A stretch of DNA of 64,000 nucleotides, from contig OX597815.1 in the NCBI GenBank assembly GCA_951406725.2, positions 60,512,001 to 60,576,000 of the forward strand. The letters are read 5' to 3'. Below the pieces are notes generated by a model. It did no database searches. It was not told the DNA's origin and saw only the letters and a list, made by a program, of their open reading frames with translations. Origin of the DNA: Octopus vulgaris (taxonomy: Eukaryota). Positions 24,848 to 40,924 of the stretch are shown piece after piece. The translations under genes were made by a program, and so were the position numbers. Numbering within the stretch: position 1 is the first letter of the stretch; each line of letters starts with the position of its first letter.

Positions 24848-27781
24848 ATTCTCTTATTCTCTTATATGTCTCAGTCCAATGACTGTGGCCATGCTGGAGC
24901 ACCGCCATTGTAATCATCTTTCAACTTTCCACCTTTGTCGGAGCGGCTTCTGGTGAAGGATGGAGTTCGATGCTACAGCCCTCTTTTGAGTTTTTTACTT
25001 AGATTTTGGCTCATCCGGGATCTCGGCGAGCCAGAGGTCAAGTTCACGTTTGAAAACGTCTACATCCACTCCATGGTGGCTCCTCAGATGCTTCGGCAGA
25101 CAGTTAAACAGCAGTGGGCCCTTGAAACCCAAGCTATTGCAGTACATCGCCCTTGCCCGAGATGAAGCATTCTGCACAATGGGGACAGCACAGTGACGTC
25201 CTGTTTGCGGTCTGGTATAGCTCTTTATTCCAAAGTTTGGTGCTAGTCCTTCCAGTATCTTCCATATATGTATCACTGAATACCTCTCCCGCCTTCGTTC
25301 CAGGGAATAGAGTCGCAGCTCTTTCAACCTGTCCCAGTAACTCAATCGTTCCATTGATGCAACTTTCTTTGTGTAATTGTGTTGGACTGCTTCAAGCTCT
25401 GCTATCGTCCTTGTAGTATAAGGCGACCATAGCTGAGAGCAGTAGTCCAGGCAGCTGAGGATAAATGACTTCCATAGTGTCATCATAGTTTCTTGGTCCC
25501 TTGTCCGGAAGGTTCTCAGAATCCAGCCAGCCAGTCTTCTGGATACTGCTTCCATTTTGTTGAGATGTGTGTGAAATGAGGCATTGTTGTTCATTTCTAT
25601 TCCAAGATCACGCACCGTATTTGATTCTGGGATCGTTGCTCCACTTGGTCCAACGTACTGATGTCGTGATTCCTGAGCAGTGCTTAGCTGGTAGCGGAGG
25701 GCCTGGAATTTACTTGCATTAAATTGCATGTTGTTATCCTCAGCTCATGTATAGATGGTATCCAGATCTTTCTGTAAGAATGTAGCATCAGAGGTTTCCT
25801 TGACTGACTGCGACTTTTGTGACGTCGGCATAGGTGGTAAGCATGACTGCCTTTGTCACTGATAACATATCTGATAGGGCTACCATGAAAAGCAGTGGCC
25901 CAGCACAGCGCCTTAGGGCACTCCACTCACTATTAGTGTATTTGTGGAATGAGCTCCGTTGGATGCTACAGTTTGGCTCCTGTCCTTTAGGAAATCATGC
26001 AGCCACTCTCCGACTTTACCTGTGATCCTGAGTCCCCATATTTTGTGGCATATCATTCCATGGTCGACCTTGTCAAATGCCTTCGCAAAGTCGAGGTATA
26101 CCACATCCACTTTTGAGCAGTTCATTAATTGCTTCAGTACCCAGTCATAGTGTCGCAGAAGCTATGTAAGATAGCTCCTTCCCGGGCGAAAATCATATTC
26201 GCTGTCTGAGAGCAGGTCATTGTCCTGAAGGAACTCAATCAGTCTCTTCCTGACAATGCGCTTCATGACATTACTGATGTGGGAGGTCAGGGAGACAGGT
26301 CTATAATTCCTAGCCTCTGTCCTGCTTCCTCCCTTATGGATGGGGCATATTATTCCCTCTTTTAGATTTTTTTGGAGTTTCCCTATCCTGAGGGACTCCT
26401 GGAAAAGGATTTGAAGCGGTCTGGCTTGAGCTCTTTTACATTTCTTTAGGAGGATTGCAAGGAATCCATCAGGGCCCGTTGCCGAGTTCGAGCTCAGCTC
26501 TTCAATGGCTGATGTCACATCAGTTTCCTCTATGTTGATGTTATCAATAGTTGCCATTTCACAATACGTGTCTTCGGGGTGAAAGAACCTATCTGGTACA
26601 TTCACTCGTAGCTTCCCCAGCGGTATGCTGAAAGCACTCTTGTATTGTGCATTCAGTAATTCACTGATTCTCTGGGGGTCCGCAGTTGGTGAGCCATTTT
26701 CATCTAGTAGCGGCCCTATTTTGTAGCGCACTGAAGCAGATTCTTTCACATACCTATAGAAGGCCTTAGGGTCCGCTTTAATGTTTTTGATAGCCCTGGC
26801 TTCCTTTTCTGGTCTTTCTTTTTCATGGGAAAGTTTGAGTGCGTTTTCAATCTCAAGCAAGGTGCATTCAAGGTGGATTCGTCTGAAATCTTTTAGATGT
26901 CCCTTTAGATGGTTTGAGATTTTTGCTCTTCGTCTCATTGGTACCCTCCTATCCCTGGGTATTATATTTTTCTTCGCCCGTTGATTTGATGTTCCCTTTG
27001 GCGGTAAACTTAATGCAGATATCATATCTGCTTGCTATGAAGTTCTGTAGTTTCATGTCGATGTTTTCCCCTGAGAGGATGGTGGACCAGTTACATTTGA
27101 GGACCTCTTTCTCAATGCCTTTCCAGTCAGCTTTGTGGAAATTCAGGCTAGAGATGAGATGAGCGTTTCTAGTATTTCGTATGTCCGTGGTCTTTTGCGG
27201 TCCATACATCATTAGCTCTATTAAATTATGGTCCGAAAAAAGCGTCGGTGTCACTTTCACGTCATGTATGAGTGTCGAGCTGTTTGCGAAATATAGGTCC
27301 AGAATATTCTTTTCCCTTGTGGGGTGATGCACCATCTGCTGCATAAACTGTGTCAGTGAAGTCAAGCAAAGACTCTGCATGATTCCGATTTTGAAGTGAC
27401 ATACTTGAAAGGGGACAACCCTCTGGTCATTTTACATGAGGGAGATTGAAATCCCCTAAGAGAAGTGCAGATCATTATCGAGATTTGTCAGAACATCTCT
27501 CATTTTTTGGAGGCACTCTTCAAATGAGTTCTCATGATCTAGCGCATCTTGTGGGCGATATGTGATACATATTACCATCCTCATCTGTTTAATGTGTACT
27601 ACCATTGTGTTGGAGTGCGACAAGAGTACCATGGGCGTGACATCATCACGGATGTATATTGCCACTCCTCCATGAGACCTTTCTCGTCTGTCGGTTCGTA
27701 GCACAACATATCCTGGTATGTGTACCTCGGCATCCGATACATCCACATTTAGGTGTTTCTGTTAGTGACACGCATATTGCA
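24848..27781 (-). mobile_element. CR1-group LINE, ORF2 pseudogene (APE + RT) with 3' tail
   Basis: APE motifs [28 protein letters not shown] and PTLFSDHNLI. RT motifs NYRPVSLTSH, VDVVYLDFAKAFDKVDH, SGVP, LDYCSQLWSP, LYSLERRRERY. Multiple frameshifts. Confidence 0.93.
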
Positions 27782-27798
27782 TATATATGTATATACAT

Positions 27799-29793
<1,995 letters not shown>

Positions 29794-29796
29794 GTA

Positions 29797-29856
<60 letters not shown>

Positions 29857-30249
29857 TTCATATATATATATATATATAGATTCAGATAAATATAGTACTT
29901 AAGTTGAGGCACCAGAATCAAGTATGGTATTATCCATACAATTTCAAAGGAAGGTGATTAAAATAAGCAAATCTTCTCTATTGGTGTTAATAAGCTACAT
30001 ATACTTTACCATAGTATTAGTAATTAAGCTGTTTTATTTCCTTTTCTATGATGTTTTGCCCAACTTGATTATTTTATTTTATTTCTTTATTATTTTATAA
30101 TTAGCCTTTATTTATTCATAAAATTAATTTAATTTTTGTATCTCTATAAATTCATACTTAGCTTATATAAAACTATACTGATATATTCATTACTTATTAA
30201 AAAAACTGCTTAGATTATAATTTTATTAATATATAATTAGCATGTTCCT

Positions 30250-30800
30250 TTACCTCAATACACCTTTGTTAATATCAGTATATACCAATTAATCAATATT
30301 CACAGATACCATCTTATGAGTTAGTATACAAGTGTACAATATGTATAAATATTAAACTATTTCTGGATAATTTCTTTCCCTACCTCTATTGTGATAAAAG
30401 TTTGGTATATACTCAAAAGTATTCATGAATCTCTATCCGTTTGTTATAATATTCTTCTTAATAATCCTCCAAATAACCCTAAACTTTAACTGTATACAAT
30501 ATAGCAACTTGTTTAAAATATTTAATTATAGTACTACATGATAAGACTTCCCCTGTTTCATTATCAATAGTCTGCTAGTGGGCGACCCCCTTAATTGTCA
30601 GCTAACATCTTGTTTTTACCAAACCTCATGATACTGCGTCTAATAAATCTTGATTTTTATGACTATACCAACTATGATGTATGTTTGCTCCATCAACCCT
30701 AACAGATACTGCCCTCTGTTCTCTCAGTTTTAAATATGCAAGGGATTTGATAAACTAGTCTATAAATTAAAACCGACCCCATAAAAACAAAAAATCAGTA
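30250..30800 (+). pseudogene. Decayed Penelope-like C-terminal relic
   Basis: Fragments NIATCLK, DPLNCQLTSCFYQT and TALCSLSFKY echo PLE linker/GIY-YIG motifs. Confidence 0.35.
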
Positions 30801-31889
30801 ACAGGCAGAGTCTGTAACAATGTATATCTTCTTGTAAACTTAGTAACTTCTATGCTGGATTGAGACAGCATGTTCTAATTTAATTAAATTAAATTCTGTC
30901 TTTGTCAGCTGAAGATTGCTCTGCATTTTAAATTGATGTAATGATTGTATTGTTCAATTAAATGGATATCCTTGTTACTTATTTGGATTATATATATATA
31001 TATATATATATCATCAAAACAAGTGAAATAGTTTGTGTTTGTCAACTGGTTTCGCTTTCGCTAATTATGATATTGAAATTATCGTATTTCGTATTTTCTT
31101 GGGAAGATTTTAGTCCATATCCTTGGAATTAAGTTTGTGAGTGAATGAACAAGTAGAAAAATCTAAGGGTAGGTAAGTGGTGATCATTATTATTCGGGAC
31201 AGGGGACGTAATTGCATTTTTTATTGGGGATGGGGAGATAAATAAATATACAAAAATCAAAAGCTAAAGTAGTGAGATGAAATATGTACAGTGATGTGTA
31301 TGTGATCATGAATTAAAATATACACTGAGACCAAAGTTGGTTATGCGTTCATATTTATGTGTGTTCTGTAATTTTCATGTTAAGGTTTATTGAAAATATA
31401 GAAAATGTGGTGAAAGGTCGATAATGCCATTCATCATTTAGGTATCGATAAAATAAGTACAACTTATTTACTTATCCTTCCCCCTCAATATTGCTAGTCT
31501 TGTGCTAAAATTAGAAAGAATATTATTGTTGTTACTGTTATGTGTATACGATTGTCATCGTTGCCGTTTTATGTTACAATGTTTGCTGGTCTGTGTGTAG
31601 TTGGTAAAAGTATTGATAAGATCCGCATTTTCTTCCCACTCTTCCTCTTCCTTCTCCTACTCTTCCTTCTTCTCCTCTTCCTATTCTTCATGAGAGGAAA
31701 TAAGTTACTCATCATTGCTGTTGGAACCACTGCTCTAGCCATGTTATCATTAATTCCTGCAGTGACAACAAAACAAATACTAATTAAGAAACTAGAGAAA
31801 ACGCAGCCGACGATATCCAATATATGACTGAAACGGTAGGAGAATTCAATGAAAAAAGAAAGAACAGAACAAACAAATCGAAAGAAATG

Positions 31890-32370
31890 AAATTCAGACA
31901 ACAAATGTAGAACCTGCAGGAAAGGAGTCAAAAATATAAATTATTTTTTAAGCGAGTGCGGTTAACTAGCACAAAAAGAGTATAAATGTAGGATGACTGT
32001 GTACGTACAGGATTGCATTGAGATGTTAGCCAAGTGTGTGAATTCAAAGCAATAGTAAAGTGGTATGAACACGAACCAGAGGTTGTGTTAGAAAATGAGA
32101 ATTACAAGAGCTTACGGCACTTCCCTATAGACTAACCATGCTATTGAAGCAAGAAGGACAGATATGATTATAGATGACAAAATAAACAAACAGTGTAAGA
32201 TCATAAATTTTGCATTTCTCTATCATAACTGAGACGATACCAAAGTAATTGAAAAAATTGGGAAATATGAAGATTAAGCACAAGAGCTGACGAGACTGGA
32301 AAACCGAGACAACAATTATTCCTGCAGTAATTAGTAGACTTGGCACAACACCTGAAATGCTACCCGAGAG
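31890..32370 (+). pseudogene. Decayed R4/Dong-like LINE (zinc knuckle + RLE)
   Basis: KCRTCRKGVKNINYFLSECG*LAQKEYK...KWYEHEPEVVLENENYK. Confidence 0.8.
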
Positions 32371-32449
32371 GCATTTGTGTTCGTGTAAAGTTATGGCCAA
32401 ATGCACTCAAACCATGACCACCCCACCTTATTCTATCTAGAACAATTTT

Positions 32450-32581
32450 TATTTTATCGACCCCAAAGGAATGAAAGGCAAAGTGGACCTCAGAGAAATA
32501 TGAACTCAGAACAAAAAGGCGGACGAAATGCCGCTAATCATTTTGCCCGCTGTGCTTAACAATTCTGCCAGCTCGCTGCCT
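32450..32581 (-). mobile_element. tRNA-derived SINE with Nin-type domain
   Basis: Reverse complement: ggcagcgagctggcagaattgtt...ctgagttc...actttgcctttcattcctttggggtcgataaaat. Confidence 0.8.
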
Positions 32582-33052
32582 ATATTGTTCTATAGCTTCT
32601 GGTAGGTACGTGGGTAAGTTATGTAGCGCATAAACAGTCCCCCACCCATAATGAAACACCACGACATTAAAAATATTCTTGTATCAGAGTCCTGCCCTAG
32701 TTATCTTTCTATATTAGTCACGTCTGTATTTTTGAAGAAAATATTTTTCCTTGCAGACTGCCAACTCCCGTAAAATAAACCTAAATCATTTTGGAATTTG
32801 CTTACTGATAAGTTCTGTTGAGAGATTAGTAAAACACTTGACCAATCATTGAGTTTTCTTTGCCCTAGTTCCATTATATTATCTCTTCCTCCCCTTCCAC
32901 CTCCTCTCGGTTTTCTTCTCCTCCTTCTCTTCTAGTTATAACGTTACCCACTATAAACTAAAAGAATGAGCGGGAAAACACCCAGGGTTACCTACTGCAG
33001 GAAAACTCAGTAGTAAAGTGATGTAGTAAGGCAAAAAGAAATTAATTAGTTA

Positions 33053-33183
33053 CAGGTGTGGCTGTGTGGTAAGTGGCTTGCTTCCTAACTTCATGGTTCC
33101 AGGTTCAGTCCCACTGCGTGGCATTCTGAGCAAGTGTCTTCTACTACAGCCTCGGGATGAGAGAAACTGAAAGAAGCTCGTCG

Positions 33184-33232
<49 letters not shown>

Positions 33233-33484
33233 ATGTGTGTGTGTGTGTGCGTGCATGCATGCATGTATGTATATATCTGTGTGTATGTGTGTTGTTCCCC
33301 CATCACCTCTTGACCACCAATGTTGGTGTGTTTACATCCCCGTAACTTAACAGTTCAGCAAAAGAAACTGACAGAATAAGTACTAGGTTTAAAAAATAAG
33401 TCGTGGGGTCAAGACTTCAAGACTGTGCTCCAGCATGGATGCAGTCAAATGACTAAAACAAGTAAAAGGATAAAAGAATAAATA
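33053..33484 (+). mobile_element. OK/OR-type SINE, near full length
   Basis: Head gtggctgtgtggtaag...ggttccaggttcagtcccactgcg; internal (TA)n(GT)n; tail gtgctccagcatggatgcagtcaaatgactaaaacaagtaaaag. Confidence 0.88.
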
Positions 33485-33689
33485 CCGAGAGGGAACGCCT
33501 CCAGAATTTTAACTGAAAATGATTAATGCAACGGGGTGTGAGTCTGATGTTTAGTAGTGGAAATACAGCTCTGGATATAGGCCAGCCATACTGAACCACA
33601 TCAGCAAAGAAGCATAGTTTGGATTACATATAGTGAAGATTTTCATTTGCGATAATTGACCCTTATATTGTTGATTAAAGGAGCTTCGG

Positions 33690-34030
33690 TGCTGGATCAC
33701 ACAGAGATTATCTAAAGACATTTTACAAGTTGTCATACATGTTTTAGTAGAGCGACATCTACAATAATAAATCAGTTGTGATGCTACAAAAGGGAATAAA
33801 ATGGGTTGGCCAGGGATAATCATTTCGTATATTTGCCAACGTCTAAATCTTCAACAAAATTATGTTGATCTTCTAGAGAGTTTTACCACTTTATATACAT
33901 CTTTATAACTCTTCGATTGCTATAAGAATTTTATGAAGTTTTATTCTAATTCGGCTCTGATAATCTACTTCTACATTAACAGATCAGACCCAAGCTTACT
34001 AATTTTTTAATGGCTTCTTATTAGGAAATT
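33690..34030 (-). pseudogene. Possible DNA-transposon C-terminal relic with a Cys-rich tail (Academ-like)
   Basis: VDYQSR...ASQLIYYCRCRSTKTCMTTCK resembles the RAxYQA...ELIxCxCKxxCxxxCKC pattern; weak. Confidence 0.3.
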
Positions 34031-35373
34031 TCAGCAATAACATGTCCAAAATATGATCATTTAAGCTGCTATATGGCTTACTTTCTGATTGCCTCAATAT
34101 TAGGTGAAGTACCTATTTAAAAACAATTTTACGTTTATACAAGGAGTTTTCACTCATAAATCAGTTAGTAAATAGTAAATAATGGTTGAATAGAGAAGCT
34201 TTAGAATAATTCTAATTAAAAGGAAGAAGTACAGAATGAGCCTTTGAGAATTTTTGAAAAAGAAAATATGACACTCGATATAGGCTGATATATAACCGAT
34301 GAACTCTCGAAAATTTGGATATGCCAATAACTCATTTCGTTTGATGAGCGTCAAGAGGAAGGGATGAGCGCCTTGTGAACTGACTACACAACTCAGCTTC
34401 TATTTATATCAATATTTTTTTTAACCATTTTCGCAATAGCATTCCTTCAACCTCCAAATGTATTTTGCTGTGACAAACAGATTGTTTCATTAATTTTTCT
34501 GGTCAACATCTGTTTCAAGTAAATTTCCAAGTTCTCGAACAGCTGAGTCCAAAATGCGTTTTCGATTTCTCGTTCTGATTATGTCACTTCATTCAGTTAA
34601 ATCAATAATTAGATTCAGAACTGCAAATTACCCATTATAAGTATCGCAACTGTGAAGTGGACGTCAAAGTATTTAATGGACCAAGAAAGTTTAATGTAGT
34701 GAACATTAAACTATTTAATATGCCATTAAATTTCAATACCAAAGCTCTGATTTACTCTTCACTGCATTTTAATGTTTTCATTTAAACCCTGAGATTGTCT
34801 TCCGTTATGTTTTTGGTCAAAATTAAAATAAATTACTTTCCCCCATCAACACGGGTGTAGATTCACTAAATTAATATATGTTGGTTCATTATATTATGTT
34901 TACACCATCTTTACTGATCGTTTTTCATGCACTGTACAATATTAATATACCAAATCATTTCCTGGAGGCTCATTCTACTTCAACCTACAGAAAGGCAAGC
35001 TCACAAGATCAAATTCTCACTTTGTAATTATGTAAAAAAATAATGAATATTTGGTTTACAAAGTAGACTTAATGTCAAGGAAGAGAGCGAACTGGGTGGG
35101 GAAAGGGAGAGGTTAACAACTTGTTCAGAAATTTAACGTAGAGTATGAAGATAGAAATGGAATCTGTCTGTGAGTATAGACATAATTTACTGTCGACAAG
35201 AAATGGTCAAGATGTATGGAATATTGTGTCCGATGTTTGACGTTTGCATAGCGTAGGTTTATTGGTTAAATGTAAAATTTTGTGTCAGTTGTACGATGCA
35301 AGATTATCATCGATGGTATTGACCAGTCACAGTTATTGCACATCGACTGTTTGGATATATTAAGCACATTGGT

Positions 35374-35443
<70 letters not shown>

Positions 35444-36189
35444 GCTTTTATGGATATATATATATTGATTATATAGATATATAGTTTTATGAATATATGA
35501 TATATATATTGGTTATATGGATATATAGTTTCATGGATATACATATATATATACATATAGATATTGGATATAGTTTTAGCATAAATATAAATCATGCATT
35601 ATAATTTCCATTTAATTTTATTTGTCGCTTTAATATTTATTTGACGTAATATTAGGTTTGATTTTTCAAATAAAACTAACATATCTTTTGAAATATAACT
35701 ATTTATTTGGTTAACTCGTTCGTCTGGACAATCGTAGGCATACACTTGTCCATTCATTTATACACTCACACTTTTAACATGTACACACTCATATACACTG
35801 GCAATGGATTCATATGATGGGAGTAAAGTTTCTGAAATTATACATCTCAAAACACTCTCCAGAGGAAAATGAAAGCCACAGACTTCGGCCAGTATAGATA
35901 GCATAACCTACAACAACGATGAAAATTTCGGCTTTGTTATTAATTTTTATATATATATTAAGTTTTCCTTGTGTTCGTTGACACACACATAAACATGCAG
36001 ACATACATGCACGCACGCACGCACGCACAGATATTGATACAACCCCATTGAAGGATGTATCCGAGGTCTCTGTACATGGAGTCAGTGTAGGGTTGGTGTG
36101 AGATGTTTTGATTGCATATGGATGATTCAACCTGATAATCATGAGCTTCACATACTAACCACAAAGATACATGTCTTCATGCTCGCACG

Positions 36190-36440
36190 TATACATATAA
36201 AAGAGAGTCCATGCTGATTTTGCTCAGGAGATGGTTTAAAAAGTCCAGGTTATCTCTTATGAAGCTCGATATATGTTGAAGAATAGATTTTAGGAGGATG
36301 CCAATGAAGTTACTGAGTTTGCGTGTCTAACAGCAACGAGAGTAGCCCCTACTTTTGCTAACCTTGTCATGGAAATCTTGGAAGTCCAAATATACGAACA
36401 CGCCAGGCTGAAATTTGGCGATAACTTCCAAAAATAGATT
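36190..36440 (+). pseudogene. Penelope-like RT fragment
   Basis: GMPM...TRVAPTFANLVMEILEVQIY (~GTAMGTRVAPTYANLFM). Confidence 0.65.
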
Positions 36441-36459
36441 TACTATATATATATATATA

Positions 36460-36990
36460 TAGTAAATCTAAAAACACCAATGACAAAGACAAAAAACAAC
36501 AACGCGAGGACGTGGTACATGCAAAATATTAGCAGACGCTCAGGGAAACGAAGAAAGGTGGTTTTACGTTTCGAGCAAAACTCTTCTTCAGAAACAGGAG
36601 ACAGAGGAAGGTCCAATAGAAAAGGAAGACGGAGGTAAAAAAAAATCGCCAACGATTCACATGTGGTTACATTTTGAAATGACCGGAAGGGAATGGATGA
36701 AAAAAAGTTCTTTCTAAGAAAGGAGAGTGTAAGAGAAGGAAGTATGTGTGTGTATGTGGGTATGCGCGTGCACGCAAGTCTCTGTATGCGTGTATATGCG
36801 TGTATGTATTGTATATGTGGTGTTGGATGTTTATGTGTATGTTTGAACTTTGTATCTCTTACTGTTGGAGGAAGAATTCAGCAGCATGGTCCTTTGTTTA
36901 GTTGTGTGTAGAGGAATGGTCAGTAGAAAGGTGTTTGACTGACAGTTTGAAGTATGTGTGTTTAGCTGTGTGAAAGTGTGAAAGTGTGTG
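36460..36990 (-). mobile_element. PLE pseudo-LTR fragment, paralog of 27921-28230
   Basis: Shares acaacaacgcgaggacgtgg, aaaggaagacggagg and aaaatcgccaacg with the 28-kb copy; contains an HHR. Confidence 0.8.
36561..36595 (-). ncRNA. Minimal type I hammerhead ribozyme (GUA triplet)
   Basis: Minus strand: gttt-CTGAAGA-a-gagt-ttt-gctc-GAAA-cg-TA-aaac. Confidence 0.82.
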
Positions 36991-36998
36991 TATATGCA

Positions 36999-37052
<54 letters not shown>

Positions 37053-37055
<3 letters not shown>

Positions 37056-37993
37056 TGTCCTGTACACACGTATATATATTTATATATGCATGTATATATA
37101 CATGTAGATGTAGGTACGTACATATATGTTTGTATGTATGCATATATTTTATTTATTACACTATTGTATGACTGAGCGCCCTCGCGTCGATTCGATTCGT
37201 TTCGTTTCGTTTCTTCTTCTCTAAGCTGGTTTTTATATATAATTATGACGCGAAACTCTATAACTCCCTCTTCTCTCTTTCTTTCACCCTCTTTGGCTTC
37301 CTTCCTCTCTCTCTCTCTCTCTCTCTCACTCCTCCTCATCTCTCTCACAGCCGGGTCGACGAACTTCCTTTCGCTGGCGGCCTTCTTCAAGTAAACATGT
37401 TTCTTCCTGCGCTCGTGAAAAAATTTTTTTCCTCGTCTAGGCTTATAGGCCCTCATTATTTGTTTTCCTGTCCTGTTTCTATTCCTTCTTGTACTGTATT
37501 TTTTGTAATTGTAATTTTATTTTGTATTTGTTTTTAATTGTATTGTTTTTACGTCCTGTTTTTGTCACATTTTTTTCCTTGTTTTTACCCCTCTGCAAAG
37601 GAATTTTATTTAATTCTTTCGCCGGAAGGATTAGTTCGACGAGACGTGTTCTGTCCTCACTTTCGAAGCACGCTGGAGTTGAACTAGGGACAGCTGATGA
37701 AGAGGATTTTTCCTTGTGTAGTTGTCTTGCACTATTTTCCGTTGTTAAAAAAAATGGTCCGTTCCATGCTGTTTTTACTTTTTCGTTTCTCGTTGAGTTC
37801 TACGTCTATTTGTGGTGTCCTGTACACACGTATATATATTTATATATGCATGTATATATACATGTAGATGTAGGTACGTACATATATGTTTGTACGTGCA
37901 TATATTTTATTTATTACACTATTGTATGACTGAGCGCCCTCGCGTCGATTCGATTCGTTTCGTTTCGTTTCTTCTTCTTCTCTAAGCTGGTTT

Positions 37994-37994
<1 letters not shown>
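37053..37994 (+). mobile_element. ORF-less element with ~180-bp terminal direct repeats (760-bp period) in (TA)n
   Basis: 37053-37233 is nearly identical to 37813-37994; internal CTGATGA motif. Confidence 0.75.
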
Positions 37995-38080
<86 letters not shown>

Positions 38081-38480
38081 ATATATATAATAAAAAATTT
38101 GGACAAATAAGTATAAGTCGATTAGTGTGTTTAAATGTTGAGTAAAGCACCGACACAGATTAGGCTAACTGTTGTCATCGAGGTACACCTTCAGGAACTC
38201 CGCACGTATGCAGCTAAACACACGTCCACATACTACAATCTAAACCACACCTGACTGATTAATACACCTGAGTTAAAGCCTAATGAACTGTAACCATGGA
38301 ACTTATACTAAAGAGGAATCGTGTGCGAATAACATGTATTTAGACATCTAGCTTTACAATGCAGATATGTATGAGTAAAATGTACCAATAAATACTATCA
38401 GACTTGATAGATGGACGGAGAAGTCGAGAAACATAAATAAAAACGCAAACACTGGCATATGTATATGTGTAGGTGTGTAC

Positions 38481-38529
<49 letters not shown>

Positions 38530-38622
38530 CAATTTAGGAATGGCCTTAATAGGCCATTCGTCCACTAGAAAGAGCAGCTGGTAGCGATAAATTTCTATTG
38601 AATTTTTTGCTACCCTAAATTG

Positions 38623-38724
<102 letters not shown>

Positions 38725-38958
38725 TGTGTGCCTGTGTGAGTCTACACATATACATACATATGAGTATACCTGTGTGTGGGTGTTTGTGTACGTGCGTGTG
38801 TGTGTATGTGTGCGTGTGTATGTATGTGTGTGTATATGCATATATGTGTATGTAGATAGTTATATGTGTATATATGTGAGTGTGTGAGTGTCAGTCTCTG
38901 TCTGTGTATAGATGTCTGGATCTATGTATGTATCCATATGTATATGTATGTGTATCTA

Positions 38959-40130
38959 CGAGGGGCGTTCAATAAGTAATGTCCCTGACCCACTTGCAGT
39001 TGTTTGATCTAGCTGAAATTTTGCATGTGCAATTATTTATATCTCTATAGATTAAATGGCAAATTACAGCTCTGAACTAATTGTGGTTTCTGATTTACAG
39101 GTGTTTGAACTGAGTCAAGTGTGAAATGGACCCTGTTGAGTGTCAAGCAGTGATCCGGTTTTTGTATTTGATAGGACGCACACCACGGGAGACTTTTGAT
39201 GAAATGAAAGTAACTTATGGTGATGATGTCCCATCATATGACCTTGTAAAACGCTGGCAACGTGAATTCAAACATGGTCGGAACTCTGTGGAAACGGCTC
39301 ACAGATCTGGTCGCCCCCCCATTCATGACCATTTGCATATGCAAAACGTGTCTGCCAGATGGATTCCCAGGTTGCTCACACCTTTCCAGAAGCAAGAACG
39401 CGTCGAGTACTCGAGGATGAATTTGGAGATGTTCCAAGAAGATGAGTCAAAATTTTTCAAATGACTGATTACACAGGATGAAACCTGGGTCCATCACTAT
39501 GATCCAGAGACCAAAGCCCAGTCAATGCAGTGGAAGCACTGTGACTCACCTTCTCCAAAGAAGGCAAGGGTGCAGCCCTCCGCTGGCAAGGTCATGCTCA
39601 CAGTCTTCTGGGACCAGGACGGAGTAATGATGACAGATTTCCTGGTAAAGGGTACCACACTTACAGGAGCCTATTATGCTTCACTTTTGAGGAAATTAAG
39701 AGAAGCTATCAAAATCAAGAGGCGGGGCAAGATCAGCAAAGGCATCCTCCTCCTGCAGGACAACGCTCCCGTCCACAACTCGCGTGTCGCCAAATCAGAA
39801 GCACAGGCGTGCGGCGATGAACTCCTCCCCCATCCCCCCTACTCTCCTGACCTTGCACCCTCTGATTTTCACCTCCTCCCAGCCATGAAGTCGTTTTTGA
39901 AAGGAAAGCGTTTCCCAGATGATGCAGCCTTGATTTCTGAAGTCACGTCGTGGTTGGAGGACCAAGCTTGGGTTTTCTACAAAAACGGTCTCCAGAGCTG
40001 CATCAAATGATGGAAGAAATGCGTAACTCTGGGTGATTCATATGTAGAAAAGACTAATAACTGTGCCAAGTTTCGTTGCTCTACTGCTATGGGAAGTGGG
40101 TCAGGGGCATTACTTATTGAACGCCCCTTG
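38959..40130 (+). mobile_element. Mariner element, internally deleted, transposase pseudogene
   Basis: TIRs cgaggggcgttcaataagtaatg / cattacttattgaacgccccttg; TA TSD; WIPRLL, ITQDETW, LLQDNAP, YSPDLAPSDF; stop codon at 39462-64. Confidence 0.96.
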
Positions 40131-40274
40131 TATATCTATATGTATATATAATAATATAGTGTAAAATTAATTAATTTATTTATTAATAATTTTACCAAGT
40201 AGTCAGTACGTTAAAATACCTTTTTAGATGAATTATACAAAATATTTTGTATATTTTGTATTTTCTATATGACC

Positions 40275-40620
40275 TATGCTCACTAAATGGAGGCTGTATG
40301 ACAGACATTATTTAGGAAGCTACAGTGAATTTCACCAACGCTAATAATACTGTTTCATCGAAGAGATATGTGGGTCTCACAGAGGTAAATTTCAATGCAA
40401 GATTTAATAGTCATACCTTAAGCTTCAGACACTGGAACAAACGAATGACTACCAAATTATCCAGTTATATATGGTTCTTAAACGAACAAGGTATCAACTA
40501 CAGTATCTACAGGGAGATCTTATCCAAGTGTAAACCTCACACTAACTCTTTGTGACATGTCCATATTTCACAAAATAACTGTTACGGTTTTGGGCCACCC
40601 AAGATCACGGCTAGAATCCA
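40275..40620 (+). pseudogene. Penelope GIY-YIG fragment
   Basis: CSLNGGC...KRYVGLTEVNFNARFNSHTLSFRH...TKLSSYIWFLNEQGINYSIYREILSKC. Confidence 0.85.
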
Positions 40621-40924
40621 CGTTTCTACTATGTCCTGCACAAACTTACCCATATGATTTAACTCCTATTAATTTTTTATTTTATTTTTTATTTTTGTTT
40701 TTTCTATATATTTTCCTTTTTTTTCATTTTCATATGTGTGTGTGTATGTATATATATTATATGTATTTGTGTATGTATATGTGTATGTATATGTACGCAT
40801 ATGAGTGTAAGACTGTGTCTGGTGCATATGTGAAATTTTCATGTGCACTTATATGGATAGGCATATGCTTCTATATGTGTGGGTGAATGTGTGTGTATGC
40901 GTGTGTGTGTATGCGTGAGTGCAA

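Noticed and set aside
39126-40010. SETMAR host gene
   Set aside because: There is no SET domain; the ORF is bounded by TIRs and a TA TSD and has a stop and a deletion, so it is a plain mariner.
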